From positions 5,536,001-5,600,000 of the forward strand of contig OY760937.1 of assembly GCA_963664225.1 (NCBI GenBank): a stretch of DNA of 64,000 nucleotides, read 5' to 3'. The translations under genes were made by a program, and so were the position numbers. The DNA is from Verrucomicrobiia bacterium (GTDB lineage: Bacteria; Verrucomicrobiota; Verrucomicrobiia; Limisphaerales; UBA1319). The notes beneath the pieces were generated by a model. That model did no database searches, was not told the DNA's origin, and saw only the letters and a program-made list of their open reading frames with translations. Each line of letters starts with the position of its first letter. The first letter of the stretch is position 1. Positions 19,801 to 25,400 of this stretch are shown here, in pieces.

Positions 19801-22408
19801 GACACCGGACGGATCCATCAACTTCACTGTGGCGGCAGTGCTGGTGCCCGAAGCACTCGGATCCAGCGCGAGCACCACATTCGAAGTGGCGGCCAGCCGC
19901 ATCTATTACCGGCTGGGCAATCCGGAAGTGCTGGAATCAGGTCCGATATCGGGCTCAATGTCATCGAGCCTGCGGCAGACAGATTATTTTGGAACGGCAT
20001 CGACGGATAAAACGGGTTATTCCAATGAGGATCCGATCGTCATTTCCGGGAAGGCCATTGTGCGATCCACGGGCCTGCCATTGGCGAATGCGCCTTTGAA
20101 GATTGGATTTGCAACCCGCGGGTTCAACTGGTTCAAGGAAACGACGACCGACAGTCAGGGCAACTACCAGTATTCCTATTCCACCATGCCTGGTTTTGGC
20201 GGCACCTTGATGTTGTGGGCCGCGCATCCGGATGTGTTCGACCAACTCAACCAGGCGCAAGTGTCCGTTTACAAGATGTATGCCACGCCATCCCGCGGGG
20301 AAATTCGGATGTCGAAGAACGACACGATGGATTTCAGCGTGAGCCTGGTCAATCCCGGGGACATTCCGTTAACTGGTTTTACGACCGAGTTTCATGCCTA
20401 TGTCGTGGATGGAACCAATTATAATGAAATAACGACGATCACCGGAACGAACCTTCTGGGAGCGGGATTCCAAGTGGAGCAGGGGAAGAACCAGACGGCG
20501 GGATTTCGATTGAAGGCGTCTCCAAACGCGCCTGACAAGGCAGTGATCGAGTTTGACGTTCGTTCCGAGCAAGGAGCGCTGGCGACGTTTGTGGGGAATG
20601 TGACCCTGTTGCCGGCCCTTCCGGTGCTTAACGTGGTCAATCCAGCCGTGGGCTATCTGGAGGTCAGTCTGGATCGCGGCAAGATATTGAGCCGACAGGT
20701 GACCGTTGTGAACGGCGGTCTCAAGGATCTCAAGGGGGTTACATTAGTGGCTCCGACCAATGTGACGTGGATGAACGTCAACCTGCCCGTGTCCGATGAC
20801 GGCACGATCCATCTGCCTGATATTGGGATTGGCCAATCGAACACCTTCAGTGTGGTGTTCACACCGCCGAGTGACACACCGCTCAATTATTACAACGACT
20901 TTATCGCGATTCGCGGGACCAATGCGCAGACGGAGTTTAAAGTGCGTTTGTATGCGCTGGTTACCTCCGATCAAAAGGGGTCGGTGCAATTCTTCGTGGA
21001 CAATAACCTTGGGCAGTCGGTATCGAATGCCACGGTGCGGTTGCGCAGCAGTTTGCTGCAATTGGAGCTGACACCATCGATTACAGACGGCAACGGCCTT
21101 GTGACGGTGGATGGGTTGCAGGAAGGCGATTGGTCGTGGCAGGTGAACGCGCCGGGGCACAGCAGCACGGTGGGGACCATCACGGTGGTGCCTTCGCAGA
21201 CCGTGCAGGTGCATACGCGGCTGGCCAAGAGCCTGGTGACGGTGACATTCAATGTGGTTCCAGTGCCCTACACGGACAAATACGAAATCAAGATCGAGCA
21301 AACGTTTGAAACCCATGTTCCGGTGGGTGTGCTCGTGGTCGATCCGCCTTTCAAGGATTTCAAGAAGATCGATTCCGGATTCGAGGCAAACTGGATTGTC
21401 ACCGTGCAAAACTACGGTTTGCTGGAGATGACCGATGTGACCATCGAGGGCGCGGAAACCGGGGGCGGCAAATTGACACCGCTCATCGAATTCATTCCGG
21501 TTCTTTTGCCGATGCAAAAAGTCGAAGTGCCTTTCACATTTGCCTATAACGCTTCGGCAGGAACCACGACCAACACGACCCAGTCATTGAAAAGACAGCG
21601 AATACCCGACTCGGACGATCTTGCCCAGTGCGTTGCGGGGATGATGCCTTTTGGCAGCCTTGCGGATCCCAATATCTTCAGGGGACTGGCTGCCATATTC
21701 CAGGCGAGAGAGAGGTGCATATCCGATCTGGATCCGCAGACCGCATTGGCGTCCGTGGGTATCATATTCGCCATAGGCCAGATCGCAGGCGCGATCGGCA
21801 GCGCCCAGGAATTCATCGTCGGGGCCATTGGGGGATTGATCAGTTGCATCATCGGCAATTTTCTTCCCTTACCCGACAGCGGCCCGTTCTCGTCATACCC
21901 GGGACCGCGATCAGACAACGCATTCCAGATTGGCAATTTGCAGTGCTTCGATGCGGACACACCGGTATTGATGTCGGATGGAACCTCAAGGCCGATTGCA
22001 TCCATCAAGGTGGGCGACCGGGTGAAGACCGGTTCCTACGCTGGAAATGTGGCCGAAGTGCGCGAAGTATTTACGCGCGACCAAACACCCGTGCGAAAGC
22101 TGACGATCAGCGATGGGCTGGAGCATGGAGTGGATCGGGAGATCATTACAACGGACGAACACCTGTTCTGGGTGGACGGGCGCGGATGGATGGCCGCATG
22201 CAATCTGAAAGGCGGGGATTACCTTGTGGATTCAAATAACGAGCGGATCAAGGTGCTGACCAATCACAAGCTGGACAAGGCGATACGCGTCCATTCGTTC
22301 CAGTTAAAAGGCGACAGCGCCTTTTATGCAAACGGGGTGCTTGTGCGCGATATGTGCGGTTTGGGTGGAGTGAAACAGGTCGCCGCAGGGAAGGGGGTGG
22401 CGCAATGA
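1814..22408 (+). CDS. Giant secreted multidomain adhesin-like protein (Ig/PPC/C-type lectin/FG-GAP x21/LamG x3/CARDB/FN3/beta-helix) with C-terminal Hint domain
   Basis: The ORF opens at GTG 1781; ATG 1814 gives a Sec signal (MSHQTLFLCTALFAMATHA|A). Three blocks of seven DxNxDGxxD repeats, LamG motifs (WTHIAATYD...LYVNG...IDEVRVW), CTL EPN/WND, CARDB (PNLQVT...NAVNE) and Hint C1 at 21944 (CFDADTPV...TTDEHLFWV...FYANGVLVRDMC). Confidence 0.92.
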   Translation: MSHQTLFLCTALFAMATHAAQPPYATDFESGVGAEWSLPNVDASEIGSFSRFSGRFTNDKQTLTLSNMTVGVSYSLFFDFYAIDTWDGSYSGTGDYFNVGVDTNQVFHYTFSNYNGDPPSNPQSYPGVPDVGRYNMGFAGYVDAIYRNIEIPFIASNTVVQISFQGQNLEDISNESWGIDNVSVRPSSQTQTTTISYTTLPPDHSTNGFVLDGFGIGALRNLLGTTATNGANYSFREAGANGVFGDSDDAIIPLNLNFNGYNSVNFTLTNAPLQPGKYRFETKAGLLDTNSNAVAVFAREFVIANPVGGQIETPNNDSIATATALPMAENPAGSGFFAAFGLGLFSAKGEADYWRFEGEARDKLTIRLEANANGIYPQLYLQDSTGQTLSSVGGDYYGTAQIQNYVISKPGTYFVKVWSDNQTGKYKLRVDQSRGPQLEQEDNNAQSTANVLGLTFSTGTYQARIAGALTGNDSGAGDVFSLGTLNAGNSISVALAMPVGGSLVTSAAILSIEGAGAGNGVSLATNTAGFLNFIVASNDLYYVRIATANSNLNLNAQYLLSITVVDGVPPVVVSTSLPDGGQATTNLIDKISVLFSEDLAQSVNNMGQRYLTYGGRRYAVTPPALSWEDAETYAQSIGGHLVTINSPLENEWIRRQFSSYGSVWIGYTDKAAEGTWVWADGSPTKYTHWNSGEPNNSGGNENYGVMLTSGFWNDVNAATTAYGVVEIGTGGLDTDGDGLANAIDPFPNDALNGFELRGAGADGLFKTADDRVYALVADSYSGGLAVTLRVTDGPLLPGKYQFVLTTSIKDRAGNSMAGNYTNSFVVTALSGYVTYNGAGDVTPISGSVAAAPDGSLVNYSDAPTGRYPRGIAAGLLDGGTNLDLAVANYGSGDVSILLGAGDGTFYRSTNYATGNGAATVTMGDLNKDNRMDLVVVNNSANNVTVLMGNGDGTFQSGTNYAVGSSPIGLVLRDFNGDGKLDLAVANQSAKTISVLMGNGDGTFKTAVNYGTGNQPYSLVAADFNGDGKVDLAVANYGESTVSVLNGNGDGTFNAKVDYPTGTGPRGLDVGDLNGDGKLDLVTGNTDAGTVSILAGNGDGTFAAKADYASGGSDVYQILLADFNGDNRLDVVVPGFGNSRLCILLNRGNGTLESPMTYPAGNNAIWAAAGDFNGDQRLDLAVVNYYASTVTVLNGVGAKLLTEDPIGSGIRIGAGRGQLKNQSDVDVWNFTAKAGDLVSVAVEVPGNPAASQLYYRIYNAAGDTLTDFYTSYNGWGQSAPYRFAASGTYWIGVQRYYDYFSEYRLRVTLASPPTQMETEDNSDISHANKPALELASGHLTASVLGYFGVGDANGDYFNFGNLAAGATIQLTMKQPSSSGLAGVLGIYDAGGNLVANGAPGATPVSYTIPPGGGSNYYARVMGAGIYGLHAASGNSALVFDGNADFVMVTNAPSLDLSNQFSLEAWVYPRNFAGRDRAVISKVGGTGGNNGYQLVFGQDGKLSLLFNASGESWPANSVSTPPLDILNRWTHIAATYDNDTMRLYVNGQLAASNTIGAKSVVKSLSNLRIGNDDNAYVFFDGLIDEVRVWNTARSASAILTGMSQSLTGAESGLAGYWPFNEGSGGVASDLSPNKNSGILGNGVASQQPAWVALRTTDQPAAGIFAQYLMGVDIADAVAPLITSITLPAANSTNQIMIDRFTITFNKDMMASTVTNSLSYDLRSAGPDGLFNTGDDVLYPVINQNYSSGLSSSYLIGDGPLQSGSYRLTAKTALKDRSGNALAADYKRDFVVAGVAGFITENRSNDTQNTATSLSIAPGNLNDGSFYQGDSVGVGSRPYSIVSGRFNGDNHLDLATANSSDGTISILLGSGSGTFTNATNISVGGNPYNVATGDFNGDGKADLSVTKDSPYQVVILLGAGDGTFQAFTNYTVANSPRVQAVGDFNKDGKLDIAVACQSVDKVSVLLGNGDGTFKTNVDYPVGSQPYGIAMGDFNKDGKLDLVVGDYNGDQVSVLMGKGDGTFDSAVNYPTGGGPRAVAVGDMNGDGTLDIVTANSQGNSLSMLEGKGDGTFLAKRDFGMTIYDTYQVLLTDLNGDGRSDVVIAAYGAGRLGVLLNRGNWAFENYEDYSMPSGIGVVAGDFNEDLRTDLAVASYSNNKVTVFSGNNNELLAEDPAGSGIRSSAARGNVSGVNDVDYWSFSAKSGDILALSVETPGNPAASQLYYTVYYPNGAVVSEFAADSYYGWGNLSPVRLNVSGTYTVGVRRYYDYVGEYRIRVTLAPDKYQMEVEPNNDIAHANAPTLVLANGHQTANVVGSIGEGDGSGDYFRLGNLSGGTLIHLGLTQPTVSPLQDILTIYDTNGTIITNSAIRGTSLDFTIPTGGDGAYYARVQSANPGAVQFSGGNDYVNVGNWSPGTQWTVEAWVKPNAAPSGRHGIAGGFNSCADWGIVLQDGQFGIATKPPSGCSITIPSGEAVTLNQWYHVAATCDGTNAQLYVNGVLKATGPVSVNYSANGNGTWIGSEACCGNETFSGLIQEVSIWERPLSGAEITSGMSHALAGTETGLAGYWKLNEGVGTVALDSSTRNRNGTLVNGPVWARSDLAGFASAALPGTVIFDRLYAIYALNIDLSDSQPPSIVAVSLPDEGSTNTTIVDRFTINFNKDMMATTVTNAATYELRSSGANGIFDTADDEIYTISCDGYTSGLTASYRISDGPLQPGFYRFTIKTALQDRTGNPLPQNYTRKFKVEGVDGFILETRNNNTLGQATSLSRARTATPDGSFRQAENVNVENNPRFAGVADLNGDGKLDMVVANSGAGNVSVLLGVGDGTFQPRTNYATGSGPTGVALADYDKDGKIDAVVANYNANTITLLQGNGDGSFQAITNITTGNHPLYLISGDFNRDGKPDFGVTCNGENKIYVYIGHGDGTFDAPSIYSTGTNPEILAAGDFNGDGKPDLAVGNYRSANVSVLLGNGDGSFQAPVQFATGAGPAAVAVGDLQNKGKLDLVVANYDAGTLSVLRGDGAGNFGTNTDYSTGGTQPYILTLADINGDGFLDVVVPNSGSGNVAVMLNLGDGTFAAPVTYTTGYRPFQVVAKDFNQDGRLDFAAVCYGNAYVSLYLGNDTEYLAEDPTGSGIRTSASRGRMTTSTDADYWSFTGKAGDWLIVAVDTPGTPAGSALDFRVDGPNGANVTDFQGGYYGYGQCAPVQLPFTGTYTILVKKYYDYQGEYRMRVTTAPSSYQLEQEDNSAINRANTLNLAAANQHRAANVLGYIGTGDDSGDYYSLGNLGAGTTITLKTQRPLTSGLWPAMAIYKTGGTPVTNSVGGITNLSYTIPSGGDGAYYIGVAKSDFGPRAGLRLDGSQAVGYGSWLTNQAFSVSMWIKPDASQTSYADIMDNNHRGGVNWVIQQDGGNVNSYSFGVADGGLPPTFYITPGNWHHLMVSRDAARLDRVYLDGQVVSSTTGTGDINYDGNQFLRSGRWGGGGRNWNGVIDEVHIWDHALTALELQRDIGYATAPGDAGIIGFWKFNEGSGSVVKDYSAFARDGAIEGTPQWGSFAEQPYDPLFAQYILKVDLSDTLPPVITSVSLPDEGSTNSAILDTFTVAFSKDMLASTVTDPGSYEFRGAGDDGILGTGDDILYTIQCDGYGSGLSAAYHIMDGPLQPGLNQLTISTAMKDRSGNPIAAPFIRTFAIGSIGGFAFETRNNNTAATATPITLIEDPTGFKSGGGRGNLSSASDVDFWKFDGHTNESVVLSVEIPDHPGGSQLHYQIFAPNGNNLADFTSDYYGSGLSSVLLLPTNGVYTIRVEHYYNYFYEYRIRLGVAVPPMQMEAEGNDDIAHANAIALAPGGQGRYGSMAGCIRTSGDLDYYSIAGITNGSTVFVSVRLPSTSRLSPVVSLYDKNNQYLAEAPGGRPNDGVAQVRITQDGAYYAVVRGSEGVGGITEQYVVDFQVIPSGNVNFPNLQVTSLIPPTGLITSGGSISFGFSVTNIGSVATPAAAWSDRAVLSQNIILGDEDDISLGVFPHAGALAPGAGYTVTRTAQIPDGVSGPYYLIVQTDVGNAVNEFLFEADNTTVSDHTFNITLADYVDLKVEDLNVAGPDNAGSYTITWKTANRGKADSTQNFYERILVKNLTSGEVLLDQEALTTNALPVNSTLARTNSVKTSTAGNYLVRVTTDSRNNIYEYDATSHANAERNSVDGAFQITQIYNIAAGANPAGAGTITGAGQYVIGSVAELTAIPVTTDKPYSFLNWTENGTFQTASNTYRFSVTRDRQLTANFALPVFQIAAVSVPAVGGTVTGAGTYAYGVTNTLKAIANDGYRFTNWVENGSAISTQTSLTFGVYTNRALIARFVEANVFHVVTTATLPAGVAAVSGAGTYNNGQTVSIVAPAAVTNGPMAYTFKRFTQNGNPFGNAPSISKTFSTLDSTNIAIVAEYDGRSILPVVVNVSVNYTNPVPLTTNYVLTFQFDRSMRGTPEPQIVLTNAQSAVQPVVASGGQWSTTASNNDTYSTPPIVLTTGMDGTNQVWISKAQDLSGLTLDRTNVYAAMVDATPPVQPVFSLVSSNASSVVLGWSGYAAPQDLAGFRVYLVQTNFTTLAGLSPITGLAPSARNFQVSNLSLDTDYYIAVIASDIAGNSAGTVTPLKIKLPTTLPPKVTIDVAAVGPNSARISWTGYDTSALFGFSGFRLYMKDSPFAIVNGMTPSASFDAQTRQAQVDALDRSKKYYFAVVGVNATNGFIPVVTTRQWSDPYAGNIAANLTIGGIDQTVDIYQTMVVTNGVTLTINAGTTLRFAPGSGIVVDQGLIMAQGTALDPIVLTSSSDTNGGSPAAGDWAGLVVRGNAANASKLTQVWVKYGQGLVLDNATPVVDAFSAVYNAPSGLRLTNGAALTTKDALISLNQVGAMQSDTSRLMVWNSVIKNNATNAWARGSLGLVATQNWWGTPLQADVVSRLTGNVDARGFLESEPLLTPAAGIVGGLTRVSSQSLELKFACRTAESMRASEDSAFKGTFFAPFASRQIFQLSDGGGHKSIFVQFRSTTGDTNTPLLLQVEYVTSGPQIINFNLAEGQVISRPLLVTGIATAVLGIQSVEFYADNVLADSVTTGIYSRRWDMRTLSPGIHRVKLLARDKGGSIATEERNVTINPTPAPAPFIVTPASDGIQAQTTVSVAGTAEPNIGLRLTDNGTLLATSVADATGGFKFDNMVLVEGANELVVIAYDDIGSSRSITRRIVLDTGAPSAVVLDAPIYVPNFGVNLSWNYAKVGERPSKFQVFWAKTPFISTNQAIGKSLVLSLTTYAVQGLADGTYYFGVLGYDDAGNHSPMSSLVSLKYDATAPSFNISYDKSPPVGVGPVQVTLTASEPLTGTPGLTLKPANSTPISLNLTNVSASSYVTAIVISNTTLSGLAIWNVSGQDVSGNVFNGAPAGQPFNIDVIQPVGSIATLPASPVQTLVPTNVSVNLTLSKPAKTGTPPIIKFTPPIGAEVGVTMSGTGTNWVGLLPLQTSMGSGFGQFAMTAVDALDNTGTNITSGAVLEIYNTALPSAPETPTNFVARTIVGGLVRLTWNAVTNADIYRLYREPGSNTTAPTALVADNLSTNGLDDLPSADGRYTYAVTASRRGSESNPSKIVVGVSDRTPPGAPTNVAAELASSGVQISWRPPAGEKPFKYLVYRNGVLIGSTSTGTNLVDAPPRGVASYTVSSADVTGNENLSTPATIDMLVGAVEHLAVLVNSGQAPVLSWTSSDTTAIGFNVYRNGIKQNASALTVASYTDNLPVGNDAIEYVVRAVNAKSEESAPRVVKIYSVTLDLLANAGGDTVSKPLVTRYFDNYRVSVTNLTVNNVFPLETVELRRVAGGGVTTTQTIPVGQSVASGNWYNRDVVFASATTVDAQSMRMRVIQSSDLGGSSVIYQRTFDFASVLEPSLMMSLSASQPPLAGGLTDFDVRLYNRGYADINVIVVRENGAAPGDVYVAVKNALGQEVSRTAYRGTPKGTFFMNDGRGYVRVTPDGSINFTVAAVLVPEALGSSASTTFEVAASRIYYRLGNPEVLESGPISGSMSSSLRQTDYFGTASTDKTGYSNEDPIVISGKAIVRSTGLPLANAPLKIGFATRGFNWFKETTTDSQGNYQYSYSTMPGFGGTLMLWAAHPDVFDQLNQAQVSVYKMYATPSRGEIRMSKNDTMDFSVSLVNPGDIPLTGFTTEFHAYVVDGTNYNEITTITGTNLLGAGFQVEQGKNQTAGFRLKASPNAPDKAVIEFDVRSEQGALATFVGNVTLLPALPVLNVVNPAVGYLEVSLDRGKILSRQVTVVNGGLKDLKGVTLVAPTNVTWMNVNLPVSDDGTIHLPDIGIGQSNTFSVVFTPPSDTPLNYYNDFIAIRGTNAQTEFKVRLYALVTSDQKGSVQFFVDNNLGQSVSNATVRLRSSLLQLELTPSITDGNGLVTVDGLQEGDWSWQVNAPGHSSTVGTITVVPSQTVQVHTRLAKSLVTVTFNVVPVPYTDKYEIKIEQTFETHVPVGVLVVDPPFKDFKKIDSGFEANWIVTVQNYGLLEMTDVTIEGAETGGGKLTPLIEFIPVLLPMQKVEVPFTFAYNASAGTTTNTTQSLKRQRIPDSDDLAQCVAGMMPFGSLADPNIFRGLAAIFQARERCISDLDPQTALASVGIIFAIGQIAGAIGSAQEFIVGAIGGLISCIIGNFLPLPDSGPFSSYPGPRSDNAFQIGNLQCFDADTPVLMSDGTSRPIASIKVGDRVKTGSYAGNVAEVREVFTRDQTPVRKLTISDGLEHGVDREIITTDEHLFWVDGRGWMAACNLKGGDYLVDSNNERIKVLTNHKLDKAIRVHSFQLKGDSAFYANGVLVRDMCGLGGVKQVAAGKGVAQ

Positions 22409-25400
22409 AAACGACTCCATCGATTTTAATTCGAAATCTCATGAAGCCCATTGAACGCATACTGAATGTTGCCCCTAAATGGATTGGCTCATGCGTTTGC
22501 GGTTTGTTTCTATACTGCGCCATGACTGCTTCGGCACAGCAGGAACAGCGCGGACTCTGCGCTCAGGTCAAGATCGTGATCCTTCAAGAATTGACGTTGG
22601 AGCGCATCGGTTTTGAGGCCACTCTTGAAGTGACCGATAATGACGGGAATGATCCGATCACAGACTTTTTCGCCGATCTCACGTTCGAGAATCCGGCGTT
22701 GTCCACGAATGGCGTGGCCAACGATGCCTCATCCCTGTTTTTCGTGCGCGCGCCGGAACTGCAGAATATTTCCGACGTGAATGGCGGGGGAGTGATCGGG
22801 CCCACAAAGAAGGCGGTGATACGCTGGTTCATCATTCCCAAGATCAAGGCTGGTGGAATCACCCCTGATGGAGTCCGTTATAAAGTGGGCGCCAAGCTCA
22901 GCGGGAAGTTTCAGGGAATACAATTGCCCAGCGATGTGTTGCAGGCCCTGCCGGACACGATTGTGGTCAGGCCCGAGCCGCAATTGGAAATCACCTATTT
23001 CCAACCGAGAGATGTGCAAGGTGACAATCCTTTCACGCCCGAGGTGGAAAGCCCGATTCCATTTTCCATCGGCGTGCTGGTAAAGAACTCAGGCTATGGC
23101 ATTGCGCACAAACTTAAAATCGCGTCGCAGCAGCCGCAAATTGTGGAAAACAAGCGGCATCTATTGTTGGTGGCGCAATTGCTTGGGTCGCGGGTTAATG
23201 ACGCGCCGCTCGATAATGCGAACCTGACCGTGGTGCTGGGCGATTTAAACCCGGGGGAGGCGCAGAAAGCCTCCTGGGACATGATCACATCGCTCTCGGG
23301 AGAGTTTACCGATTTCAAGGCTTCGTTCACCCATGCTTCGGACCTGGGTGGTGAGGAAACCTCGGTGATCAAATCGATCAACGCGTATTTCATCGCCCAT
23401 GAGGTTCTTAACGACATGCCGGGCCGCGATAAATTGCTCGATTTTCTCGCGGACACGGATCGTGACGAAAACATGATACCGGACGCGCTTTACGAAAGTG
23501 AGGGGAATGTCGAGCCCGTCAACTATCTGGCGAATACCACCATCGATGCGATATCGGGCACACCCGGTGCCTACAGGATCAGCCTGGATGCGGATCGTTC
23601 CGGCTGGTGCTATATGAGGTTGAACGATCCCGGGCAAAACCGGTTGAAAATCGAGAGCATCGTTCGTTCGGACGGCAAGGTGATCAACCCCCATAATATG
23701 TGGACCAATACCCGGTATGCCAAAGTGACCAATGCCCGGTCCGATTATCTCAACTTGTTCGATCTCGTTGATCTCAAAAAATACACTTATACCGTGCAGT
23801 ATGCTCCATCGAGCATCGATACGACACCGCCTGCGACCACTTTGCGGTTTGTCGGCACTTCCGCTTATTCCAACGGGAGATACTACATCACGCCCGATGC
23901 TCAAATGTACTTCACAGCGGAAGATCAAAGTCCGGTCAGTATTTATTACAGCCTGACAAACAGCGCGTTTATACCGGCGTATCCATTTGTGCTGCGCACG
24001 CCGGGAGAATACGCGCTCAAGTATTACGGGCAGGATGCCAGTGGGAATCGGGAGGCAACCAATTCCACCGTGCTTGTGGTTGGGAACGCGGGTCCGACTT
24101 TATTAAGCTTCCTTGGCGCGACGCAGGCGGTGATTACCTCCGGAGACGCGTTGTCCGTTCGCCCGAATTCCGCCGACATTCGTTACCGCGCGGGATTCAG
24201 CCCCGTGCCGGTGGATGCCTATCTGGATATTTTCCAGGGAGTCATGGGCTGGCCTGTGGTTTCAGGGGTGCCATCGTCGCCCACTGCCGCCACTCTTGCG
24301 CATTTGGTCATCCGCGGCGACTGGGTGGATTTTTACAAATACAGTCTGGATGGCGGCGCGTGGAGCGCTGAAAAGCCGGTGGCGCAAATATTGCATTTGC
24401 TCAATCTGTCCGCAGCCCAGCATAGCGTGAAGGTGCTGGGACGCTCCGCATACGGAGACTATGGCGCGGAAACCAATGCGGTGGCGGTTCAATGGACCGT
24501 TGATCCAGCGGCTCCGCCGACCCAGATCACGGGCACGCCGGCCACCCCAACGAGCGATCTTTTTGCGACGCTCAAAGTTGCAGGCACGGGAGTTAATTTG
24601 TACCGGTGGACATTGAGCAACGGCTATTATCGCGCGCCCGCCGGTGTGGCTGTTCCTCTTTCGATCACGAATCTGGGAGCGGGACCACAAAACATTTCTG
24701 TCATCGGCCTGTACTCAGGCGCGTGGCAGCCAACGAATAATCCAACAACGGCTGCCTGGACGGTGGATCCGGCTTACGGCTCCGATTATTCATCCAAGAC
24801 GCTTGTGCGCAGTGTGACCAATCGGAATGTTGGATTCCTGCCGCAGAGTTTTGCCTGGGATGGCCGGAACGAGCAGGGGACGATCATGCCTCCCGGGTGG
24901 TACACCGTGCGGCTGACACTCAAGGATCAGGTGGGGCGGTCCACCTACGCGACCAAGCTGGTGCAACTGGGCGAATTCGCCGGGTCTTTCAATGCGCTCG
25001 CCGCCGCCAGTCGAGGACCTGAGAATCCGAATGCGCGCGGACGTTGGGCCGTCTGGCAGGATCAAAGCTCGGGCAATTCGCAAATCTATGCGCAGGATTT
25101 GCTGATACCCGGCAATGCCCCGTTCGGTTTGACGACCAGCACTCGCAGCCAGGAGAAGCCAAGAACAGATGGCCGCTTTGTGGTCTGGCAGTCCCGGCAA
25201 ATCAATGGCGGGTGGGACATATGGATTCGCGATCTATTGTCGGGCGGCCAGGCCTCAGCACTGACCTCGACAACCGATGTCGATGAAACCAATCCAACGG
25301 TCGATTGGCCCTGGGTCGTTTATCAGTCCAAGTCGTCCCTGGACGCCAAGGCGCCGCAACAGTTGAAGGCGGTGAACCTGGTAACAGGGGTCACTCAATC

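Noticed and set aside
22354..22404. Longer N-termini given by the ORF track (also nuoD 38754, nuoJ 41532, nuoK 41861, nuoM 44648, nadC 50014)
   Set aside because: Downstream ATGs near or overlapping the upstream stop, or at the homologous N-terminus, fit better.
21944..22408. Polymorphic toxin/immunity locus or canonical splicing intein
   Set aside because: No toxin domain after the Hint, no small immunity gene, no endonuclease domain, no terminal His-Asn.
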